Part shown: piece after piece, positions 56,538 to 64,000 of the stretch | Position numbering within the stretch: position 1 is the first letter of the stretch | How the letters are laid out: each line of letters begins with the position of its first letter | From: Candidatus Fermentibacterota bacterium | GTDB taxonomy: Bacteria; Fermentibacterota; Fermentibacteria; Fermentibacterales; Fermentibacteraceae | DNA length: 64,000 bases | Assembly: GCA_963718745.1 (NCBI GenBank) | Contig: OY970370.1 | Span: 140,821 to 204,820, forward strand | Direction of reading: 5' to 3' | Notes under the pieces: generated by a model | What the model was told of the DNA's origin: nothing | The model's database searches: none | Seen by the model: the letters and a program-made list of their open reading frames with translations, nothing else | Position numbers and translations under genes: made by a program

Positions 56538-59074
56538 AGACCCCCCTCATGGAGCAGTATCTGAAGGAGCGGAACCGCAATCCCGACAAGCTCCTGCTGT
56601 TCCAGATGGGCGATTTCTACGAGACGTTCTTCGAAGACGCCGGGACCCTCTCCCGGGTGCTCGGGATAACTCTCACATCCAGGGACATGGACAGGGAGAC
56701 GGGCGGGAGGGTTCCTCTGGCCGGATTCCCGGTCCACGCCCTGGACAACTACCTGCCCAGGCTGATAAGGGCGGGGCTGAAGGTAGCGATCTGCGAGCAG
56801 ACCGAGGATCCTGCCGGAGCAGGGAAGCTCGTCCGCCGGGAGGTCACGGAGATCGTTACTCCAGGCACTCTCGTTTCCGGTCAGGCCCTCGGCGAGAGGG
56901 AGACCGCCCTTCTCGCCTCCGTGCACTCCGAAGGCGGGGAATGGGCTGCCGCATTCTGCGACCTCTCCTCAGGCTCGGTGGAGGTTTTCCTGGGTGGTGC
57001 CGAAGCCGTTCAGGAGGAGCTGAAACGCCGTTCTCCCCGGGAGCTGCTCCTGTCGGACGACTCCACGCTCGATCCCGGCATGGAGTCGGCTACGACAAGG
57101 CTCGAGGCCTGGCGTTTCCAGACGGGGGCGGCGGAGGACTGCGTGAAGAGGAGGCTGGGGGTCTCCACCCTCGGCGGGTTCGGACTCGAGGATGCTCCCG
57201 TGCCCCTCGGGGCCGTCGGCGCCCTCCTCTCGTATGTCGAGGACGTGAAGCGCAACCTGTCCGCTTCGCTCGTCTTCACGAGCCTCTACAGGGCAGAGGA
57301 TATCATGGTCATAGACAGGAAGAGCGCCCTCGCGCTGGACCTCGTGGACACCGCCGGTCCCGACAGGCAGGTGGTGCTCGCTGACGCGACCGACCGGACC
57401 TCCACCCCGGGAGGCGGGAGGATCTACAGGGCATGGCTCATGTCGCCCCCGAGGGATCCACGGGAGACCACGGCGCGGCACGATGCGGTCGGAGAGCTCC
57501 TCCTGACCGGCATCTGGAGGCAGACCGCCGCGAGGCTCTCTGAATGCTGCGACCTCGAACGGCAGGCCGGGCGGCTCCTGACGACGAAGAGCAACCCGCG
57601 GGACATCCACGCGATCGGAAGGACCGCGATGCTGCTGCCCGGGATCGCAGGGGAGACAGCCTCCTGCGGATCGAAGCTTCTCGCCGAATCCTCTTCGATG
57701 GATCTGCTGGCCGATCTGGGCGGGATGATACTGGCCACGCTGGCGCCCGATCCTCCGGCAAGGCAGGGAGACGGGGACATCATCGCGAAGGGGGTGTCGT
57801 CCGAGCTGGACGAGCTCCGCGATGCACTGCACGGGGGCAGGAGCTGGATGGCGTCCATGGAGGAGCGGGAGCGCAGGGAGACGGGCATCGCAAGGCTCTC
57901 GATCGGATACAACAGGGTCTTCGGGTATTACATCGACATCCCGAGGAACATGACGGACGGAGTCCCGGAGAAGTACGTCAGGAGGCAGACTCTTGCCGGG
58001 AGCGAGAGATACTCCACGCCCGAACTGCGTGAGATGGAAGCAAGGATCCTGCGCGCCGAGGACGGGATAGCAGCAATAGAGAAGGCCATATTCGAGGATC
58101 TCAGATCGAAGGTCGCATCGTCCGCTGCGCGGATAAGGCAGACAGGCGCCTCCCTCTCCAGGCTGGATGCTCTCTGCGGAATGGCCTGCCTGGCCTCGGA
58201 GAGGTCATACACGCGGCCTCTCCTCGCAGAAGCCCCCTGCTTCCGCCTCGAGGACGGCCGCCATCCCGTTCTCGACCTGATCCTTCCGGCGGGCGAGTGC
58301 GTGCCGAATTCCCTCAGGATGGACTCCGACCGACGGATCCTCATCGTAACGGGTCCCAACATGGCCGGGAAGTCGACGCTGCTCCGCCAGGCAGCCCAGA
58401 TACTCGTCATGGCTCAGGCCGGGTGTTTCGTCCCCGCAGCCTCCCTCACCTTCTCCCCGGTCGACAGGATATTCACGAGGATCGGATCCGCCGACCGGAT
58501 TGCCAGGGGACAGTCGACGTTCCTCCTCGAGATGGCGGACGCCGCGGCAGTCCTGAACCAGTCCACGAGTTCGAGTTTCGCAGTGATCGACGAGATCGGG
58601 AGGGGTACGAGCACGTACGACGGGCTGGCGCTCGCGTGGGCGATAGTCGAGTACCTGCACGACAATCCCGTCCACAGGCCCCTCGTCCTCTTCGCAACCC
58701 ACTATCACGAGCTCACCCGCCTGCCCTCGGAGCTTTCGTCCGCTGCAAACATAAACGTCCCGGTGAGGGAGACGCGCGCCGGGATAGTCTTCCTGTACAG
58801 GGCGGCCGAGGGTCCGGCTGACAGGTCCTACGGCATCCATGTCGCCTCGATGGCGGGGGTCCCGGCGGGAGTGACTGCAAAGGCGGCCAGGATACTGGCC
58901 AGGCTCGAGCGGGACGGCGGGGCGAAGCATCAGCCGGACGAGGGGCAGATGACGCTGGGCTTCGATTCGGCGCCGGACGGTCTCCTCGAGCTCATACGCA
59001 GCATAGCTCCGGACGCCCTTTCACCCAGGGATGCCCAGCGAATACTCTACGAGATACGGGACATGGTCGACTGA
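56534..59074 (+). CDS. mutS: DNA mismatch repair protein MutS
   Basis: TPLMEQY, GDFYE, TGPNMAGKST, GQSTF, DEIGRGTST, ATHYHEL, SYGIHVA; clamp-binding-like QMTLGF. Confidence 0.97.
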   Translation: MKTPLMEQYLKERNRNPDKLLLFQMGDFYETFFEDAGTLSRVLGITLTSRDMDRETGGRVPLAGFPVHALDNYLPRLIRAGLKVAICEQTEDPAGAGKLVRREVTEIVTPGTLVSGQALGERETALLASVHSEGGEWAAAFCDLSSGSVEVFLGGAEAVQEELKRRSPRELLLSDDSTLDPGMESATTRLEAWRFQTGAAEDCVKRRLGVSTLGGFGLEDAPVPLGAVGALLSYVEDVKRNLSASLVFTSLYRAEDIMVIDRKSALALDLVDTAGPDRQVVLADATDRTSTPGGGRIYRAWLMSPPRDPRETTARHDAVGELLLTGIWRQTAARLSECCDLERQAGRLLTTKSNPRDIHAIGRTAMLLPGIAGETASCGSKLLAESSSMDLLADLGGMILATLAPDPPARQGDGDIIAKGVSSELDELRDALHGGRSWMASMEERERRETGIARLSIGYNRVFGYYIDIPRNMTDGVPEKYVRRQTLAGSERYSTPELREMEARILRAEDGIAAIEKAIFEDLRSKVASSAARIRQTGASLSRLDALCGMACLASERSYTRPLLAEAPCFRLEDGRHPVLDLILPAGECVPNSLRMDSDRRILIVTGPNMAGKSTLLRQAAQILVMAQAGCFVPAASLTFSPVDRIFTRIGSADRIARGQSTFLLEMADAAAVLNQSTSSSFAVIDEIGRGTSTYDGLALAWAIVEYLHDNPVHRPLVLFATHYHELTRLPSELSSAANINVPVRETRAGIVFLYRAAEGPADRSYGIHVASMAGVPAGVTAKAARILARLERDGGAKHQPDEGQMTLGFDSAPDGLLELIRSIAPDALSPRDAQRILYEIRDMVD

Positions 59075-59141
59075 TACAAACGGGTGTTTACATCTGCGGG
59101 AGATCGAGCCATATTGCCTCCGAAAGGAACGGTGGCAGCAT

Positions 59142-59402
59142 ATGGACTCGAAACCCCAGCCCTGGTCCGCACGGCTCGCGGGAGCCCCGGCCATAATCGC
59201 CCGCCCCGGGCGGGTGAAGCTCGACAGGAGGAACCGCCTGGCGGCCGCAGTGTTCGACCCCGGCACCGAGAGCCTCCTGCCGGTCCCGGGATCCACATGG
59301 ATCCTCGAGAACGGCGTCGTTTCCATCACCCTGAAGACTGTCTCGATCAGGAAGGGCGCCTCAGGCGGGATACTGGTCCTGGCCGAGAGCAGGACCGGCT
59401 GA
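59142..59402 (+). CDS. Small hypothetical protein (86 aa)
   Basis: ATG preceded by AAAGGA; GC3-rich codons; fills the gap after mutS; no motif. Confidence 0.45.
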   Translation: MDSKPQPWSARLAGAPAIIARPGRVKLDRRNRLAAAVFDPGTESLLPVPGSTWILENGVVSITLKTVSIRKGASGGILVLAESRTG

Positions 59403-59492
59403 CGAGGGGTGACAGGAAAGGCGATTATCTACATGTAATCCTCGTGTGTTCCTCCGTGATCAACTGAGCCACATCAGAAAGGGGATGCACCC

Positions 59493-62400
59493 CTGAGCGC
59501 CGGCGGAGAGGGCAGCATCGTAACTGACGACGGTTCCGGGAACCTCGAGAGCCTGATCGAAGGACTCAGCTGCGCCGTCCGGATCAGGCGTGCTGGGGAG
59601 GAGCCCGTAGAGAACGGGAGCTTCCGCAGACTCGTCCCCGAGAACCTCGTTGATACGCGGGCAAGGCTCTCCGCGCTGGAGGATTCGGTCATCTCCGGTT
59701 CGAAGGCCTCGGTTTCCGACTCCATAATCGAAAACGGCTCGAGCAGGTTCTTCCATATCCATGCGCTCGAATCCCCCGGGGACGGCGCGGCGGGAACGGT
59801 ATCGACCGCATATTTCAGCGCTCCCGAGGACAGCGGCCAGATAATCCAGCTGCTCCATAGAACCCTTCACGACATCACCACCGCTTCTCCCGTCTCCCGG
59901 GGAGACCTCGGGAGCGCTCTGCCCTTCATCGCGCGAACGGCCATCGAAACGGCCGGCGTCGACAGGGTGAGCATCTGGCTGATCTCCGACGGACCCGTGG
60001 ATGCCGGACAGTCGCTCGAGTGCATAGCCCTCGTGGATGCCGCAGGGGAGCTCACCGCACAGGACATGCCCCGGATCTCGGCCCCTGCCTATATGAATCT
60101 GCTCGCGCGAGAACGCGTGATCGAATCGCCCGACGTGTCGACCGACGAGAGGTTCGCGGAGTTCATCCCCGGTTACTTCGGACCTTTCCACATCACATCC
60201 ACCCTGGATGCGCCGATACACGCCGGAGGCAGGGTCGCCGGGGTCATCTGCGTCGAGCGGACGACGAGCGGCCCGAGGCCGTGGACCCTCCAGGACCAGG
60301 TCCTGGCCGCATCCCTCGCAGAGATAACAAGCCTCACGATGGAGACCGCCAGGCAGAGGGACATGAGCACAGCCATAGACATGCTCGAGAAGGAGAAGGC
60401 GCTCATCCTCGAAGGCGTGGAGGACGTCGTCGTCCATCTCTCGCCCGACCTCCGGATCATCTGGGGCAACAGGGCGGCCGCCGAGGCCCTGAAACCCGGC
60501 AGGAGCGCAGGTACGGCCGCGGGTTCGGACGGAATGGCGGGCTCGGTCCTCCCGGACGAGATCAACAGCCTCATCGAGGGAAGCCCGCCCAAGAACTTCT
60601 CGAGCGCTGAACTGGCCTATCCGGACGAGAGATTCCGCTACACCACGATCTCGAATCTCCCCGGAAAGGATGGCGCGGCAGGTGGATACGTGCTGTTCGC
60701 GCACGACACAACCGAGAGGCGCTACTCGGCCAGGCTGCAGGAAGCGACCAGGAGGATAATAGAGAGCGGTCTGACCATCATGGACACCTCCGCCCTCTAC
60801 AGGGAGATACACGGGATCATCTCCGAGATCGTGATGGCGGACAATTTCTACATCGCCCTCTACGATCCCGTGAACGACATCCTCTCATTCCCCTACTACG
60901 TCGACAGGTACACCTCGCCCCCGGAGCCGCGCAAGCCCGGCCGGGGCTTCACCGAGATGGTGCTGCGCGGAGGGAAGCCCCTCTTCCTCTCGGAGTCGGA
61001 CATCGCCCGCTACATCGGCGAGGGGCAGACCGAGCTCATCGGTGTGCTGTCACACTGGTGGGTGGGCGTTCCGCTGACCGTCGAGGACAGAGTCTTCGGA
61101 GTCATGACCGTTCAGAGCTATTCCGGCGGCGCCATCGACCAGAGGATGAAGGATGCCCTGCTGACGCTCTCCGGCGCGGCCGCCCTCGTGATCGAGAAGC
61201 GCAGGACCGAAGACTCCCTGCGGAACAGCGAGTCGCGATACCGGGCCCTGGCGGAGAACGCCAAGGACGGGATAGTCCTCATCTCGGACGGCAAGCTGGT
61301 CTATACGAACGGCACCATCTCCAACATGCTGGGGTACGTTCCCGGCGCGATGCAGAACCGCGAATTCTCCGACTTCATCGTCGAATCCGACAAAGCCTCG
61401 ATAGTCGCAAGGCACGTCGCCCGCCTGAGGGGGCAGAAGGTCCCCGGCATCTACGAGACTGCTCTGAAGAAGCCCGACGGTACGTCACTGCCCGTAGAGC
61501 TGAACGTCTCCATCATCAACGAGAAGGGGAGGACCGAAGTCCTGGCCATCGTGCGGGACATCTCCGACCGCCGCAAGATCGAGGACGAGCGCCGCATGAT
61601 GGACAGGCAGATCCAGCATTCCCAGAAGCTGGAGAGCCTGGGCATCCTGGCCGGAGGCATAGCACACGACTTCAACAACCTCCTGATGGGTATCCTGGGG
61701 AACGCCGGGCTCGCCCTGATGGAGCTCCCCTCCGAGTCTCCCGTCCGGAGGACCATCGAGAGGCTCGAAACAGCAGCCCTGAGGGCCGCGGAACTCACGA
61801 ACCAGCTCCTGGCATACTCCGGCAGGGGAAAGTTCATTGTCGAGCCCATCAGCATGAACAGCCTGATAGAGGAGATGGTGAACCTCCTGCAGGCGGCGAT
61901 ACCGAAGAACGTCGTCCTGAGGCTCGACCTCGCCCGCGAACTCCCCCTGATCGAGGGCGATGCCACGCAGCTCCGGCAGATACTGATGAACCTGCTCATG
62001 AACGCTTCGGAAGCCATCGGGGATCGCAGCGGGATAATCACCCTGGCCACGGGCATGACTTTCGTCGACAGATCCTACCTCAGCGGGACCTACATAGATG
62101 AGGACCTCCCCGAAGCCCTCTATTCGTTCCTGGAGGTTTCGGACACGGGCTGCGGGATGGACGACAAGACCAGGGCGAAGATCTTCGACCCCTTCTTCAC
62201 GACGAAGTTCACGGGAAGGGGGCTCGGACTCGCCGCGGTGCTCGGGATAGTCCGGGGGCACAAGGGAACGCTGAAGGTCTATTCGGAACCCGGCCGCGGA
62301 AGCAGCTTCAAGATCCTCCTGCCGTCCCTCGGCGACAAGGTCCGGGATCAGGCCTCAGGAAACGAGAACGAATCCATAGGGAGGGGTGCCACCGTACTTG

Positions 62401-62792
62401 TCGTGGACGACGAGGAGACCGTCAGGACCGTTGCCAGGCTCTCCCTCGAGAAGTGCGGATTCCGAGTGGTTTCCGCGGAGGACGGCCGGAAGGCGGTTGC
62501 CGTCTTCAAGGAGCAGTCGGCCTCGATCGACCTCGTCCTCCTGGACATGACCATGCCGCATATGAACGGCGAGGAGGCATACCGCGAGATGAGGAGGGTC
62601 AGGCCCGATATCAAGGTCATCCTCTCGAGCGGATACAACGAGATGGACGCAGCCGGGAGGTTTGCCGGAAAGGGTCTCGCCGGTTTCATCCAGAAGCCCT
62701 ATCGTCCCGTCGACCTTATCGCGCGCGTCCGGACCGCGATCAACCCGGGTCAGCAGCCGGACGGCGATCAGTCATCGAAAGAGAGTGTCTAA
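59493..62792 (+). CDS. Hybrid sensor histidine kinase (GAF-PAS-GAF-PAS-HisKA-HATPase-REC), probable CTG start
   Basis: Frame open from 59460; [61 protein letters not shown]. Confidence 0.9.
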   Translation: MSAGGEGSIVTDDGSGNLESLIEGLSCAVRIRRAGEEPVENGSFRRLVPENLVDTRARLSALEDSVISGSKASVSDSIIENGSSRFFHIHALESPGDGAAGTVSTAYFSAPEDSGQIIQLLHRTLHDITTASPVSRGDLGSALPFIARTAIETAGVDRVSIWLISDGPVDAGQSLECIALVDAAGELTAQDMPRISAPAYMNLLARERVIESPDVSTDERFAEFIPGYFGPFHITSTLDAPIHAGGRVAGVICVERTTSGPRPWTLQDQVLAASLAEITSLTMETARQRDMSTAIDMLEKEKALILEGVEDVVVHLSPDLRIIWGNRAAAEALKPGRSAGTAAGSDGMAGSVLPDEINSLIEGSPPKNFSSAELAYPDERFRYTTISNLPGKDGAAGGYVLFAHDTTERRYSARLQEATRRIIESGLTIMDTSALYREIHGIISEIVMADNFYIALYDPVNDILSFPYYVDRYTSPPEPRKPGRGFTEMVLRGGKPLFLSESDIARYIGEGQTELIGVLSHWWVGVPLTVEDRVFGVMTVQSYSGGAIDQRMKDALLTLSGAAALVIEKRRTEDSLRNSESRYRALAENAKDGIVLISDGKLVYTNGTISNMLGYVPGAMQNREFSDFIVESDKASIVARHVARLRGQKVPGIYETALKKPDGTSLPVELNVSIINEKGRTEVLAIVRDISDRRKIEDERRMMDRQIQHSQKLESLGILAGGIAHDFNNLLMGILGNAGLALMELPSESPVRRTIERLETAALRAAELTNQLLAYSGRGKFIVEPISMNSLIEEMVNLLQAAIPKNVVLRLDLARELPLIEGDATQLRQILMNLLMNASEAIGDRSGIITLATGMTFVDRSYLSGTYIDEDLPEALYSFLEVSDTGCGMDDKTRAKIFDPFFTTKFTGRGLGLAAVLGIVRGHKGTLKVYSEPGRGSSFKILLPSLGDKVRDQASGNENESIGRGATVLVVDDEETVRTVARLSLEKCGFRVVSAEDGRKAVAVFKEQSASIDLVLLDMTMPHMNGEEAYREMRRVRPDIKVILSSGYNEMDAAGRFAGKGLAGFIQKPYRPVDLIARVRTAINPGQQPDGDQSSKESV

Positions 62793-62802
62793 GGAGGCTC
62801 CG

Positions 62803-63450
62803 ATGCTTCTCCTGGGCGAGAGGTTTCCCGAACTCAAGGTCAGGACCACCCATGGTCCCATGACCCTGCCCAACGACCTGGCGGGGAAGTGGTTCATCCT
62901 CTTCAGCCATCCGGCCGATTTCACACCGGTGTGCACCACCGAGTTCGTCGCCTTCCAGAAGCGCTGGGGCGAGTTCAGGTCCCTCAATTGCGACCTCGTC
63001 GGCCTCAGCATCGACCAGGTCTACTCGCATCTGAAATGGCTCGAGTGGATAAGGGAGAAGCTGTCGGTCGACATCCGCTTCCCAGTGATAGCCGACGACA
63101 TGGGAGAGGTGTCTGAGGCTCTCGGGCTGGTTCATCGCGGGAAGGACACCAACACGGTCAGGGGAGTGTTCGTCGTCGACCCGAAGGGCTTCCTCCGCGC
63201 CATGCTCTTCTATCCCCAGGAACTCGGGCGCAACATGGACGAGATCCTCAGGATGATCCAGGGTCTTCAGCTGTCGGACAAGTACAATGTGGCCATCCCC
63301 GCCAACTGGCCCAGGAACGAGCTGATCGGCGGCAACCTCATCGTCCCTCCCCCGACGGACGAGGCTGGTGCGAGGGACAGGCCCCGCCAGTACGAATGCT
63401 TCGACTGGTGGTTCTGCCATCGCAAGATGGGCGAGCAGGGCGGGAGGTGA
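62803..63450 (+). CDS. Peroxiredoxin (Prx6/archaeal-type)
   Basis: [28 protein letters not shown]-terminal CFDWWFC; ATG after AAGGAGG. Confidence 0.95.
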   Translation: MLLLGERFPELKVRTTHGPMTLPNDLAGKWFILFSHPADFTPVCTTEFVAFQKRWGEFRSLNCDLVGLSIDQVYSHLKWLEWIREKLSVDIRFPVIADDMGEVSEALGLVHRGKDTNTVRGVFVVDPKGFLRAMLFYPQELGRNMDEILRMIQGLQLSDKYNVAIPANWPRNELIGGNLIVPPPTDEAGARDRPRQYECFDWWFCHRKMGEQGGR

Positions 63451-63452
63451 GC

Positions 63453-63959
63453 ATGGACAGGGCTGCTTTCCACAGCATCAGCTACGGAGTCTATGTCGTA
63501 TGCGCCGGCAGCGCCGGGACGAGGAACGGGCAGATCTGCAACACGGTCTTCCAGGTGACCTCCGAGCCGGCGACCGTTGCGATAAGCATCAACAAGTTGA
63601 ACTACACCTACGAGTGCCTTGAGCATTCCGCCGGTTTCAGCGTATCCGTGCTCGAGGAGGATACGCCCATGACCTTCATAGGCAGGTTCGGCTTCAGATG
63701 CGGCAGGGATTTCGACAAACTCGAGAACCTGAGCGTCAGGGTGGGGACGACGGGATGCCCGATAGTCCTCGACCATGCCGTGGCCTTCGTCGAATGCCGG
63801 ATCCGGTCGAGGTTCGACTGCGGATCCCACATGCTCTTCCTCGGCGAGGCGGAGGACGCGGGCATCCTCTCGGGAGCCCCGCCCATGACCTATGCCTACT
63901 ACCATACGGTGAAGAAGGGGAAGTCCCCCGACCGCGCCCCGACCTTCATCGGGAAGTAA
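63453..63959 (+). CDS. Flavin reductase-like protein (high-molecular-weight rubredoxin N-terminal type, no rubredoxin domain)
   Basis: ISYGVYVV, NGQICNTVFQVTSEP, FGFRCGRDFDK, GSHMLFLG, MTYAYYHTVKKG..APTF. Confidence 0.88.
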   Translation: MDRAAFHSISYGVYVVCAGSAGTRNGQICNTVFQVTSEPATVAISINKLNYTYECLEHSAGFSVSVLEEDTPMTFIGRFGFRCGRDFDKLENLSVRVGTTGCPIVLDHAVAFVECRIRSRFDCGSHMLFLGEAEDAGILSGAPPMTYAYYHTVKKGKSPDRAPTFIGK

Positions 63960-64000
63960 CCGGCGGAGCCCAGGATGATCACATCCCCGGACACCCCCCG

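Noticed and set aside
59485-59496. Programmed +1 frameshift at CCC-TGA
   Set aside because: A +1 shift does not enter the kinase frame (needs -1) and the ATG directly abuts the SD-like sequence

Overview
High-GC bacterial chromosomal window, densely coding (about 55 real CDS; most other long ORFs are GC-driven shadow frames). Gene content (MsbA/GT9, outer-membrane beta-barrel, secreted proteins with FlgD/T9SS-like C-termini, NiFe hydrogenase, short anaerobe-type ThiC) suggests a diderm anaerobe, possibly an FCB-related candidate lineage; this taxonomic hint is inference only. No rRNA, tRNA, CRISPR array, transposase or integrase was seen. The most striking locus is 12078-19861. Inside a complete hyp maturation cluster (hypA, hypCDE ... 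protease, hypF, hypB) sits a co-directional, largely translationally coupled run: Roadblock, MglB, MglA small GTPase, DUF4388-Roadblock fusion, DnaA-like AAA+ ATPase lacking the DNA-binding domain, V4R protein, MvhG/MvhA-like group 3c NiFe hydrogenase, ferredoxin-V4R fusion. MvhD/Hdr and diaphorase partners are absent from the locus, so this looks like a candidate H2/redox-sensing small-GTPase signalling system. A second unexplained signal is a family of six ~25-bp repeats. They form the imperfect inverted ends of a ~160-bp MITE-like element (29450-29610) and also bracket a C10 peptidase gene whose insertion appears to clip its neighbours. Other content: TetR-RND operon with a clear operator, CHASE2 adenylate cyclase/SH3/M48 module facing an HD-GYP gene, SGNH/GT-C/GH114 surface-glycan cluster, TPP riboswitch-thiC, msbA-GT9-mutS, and a hybrid kinase that probably starts at CTG.
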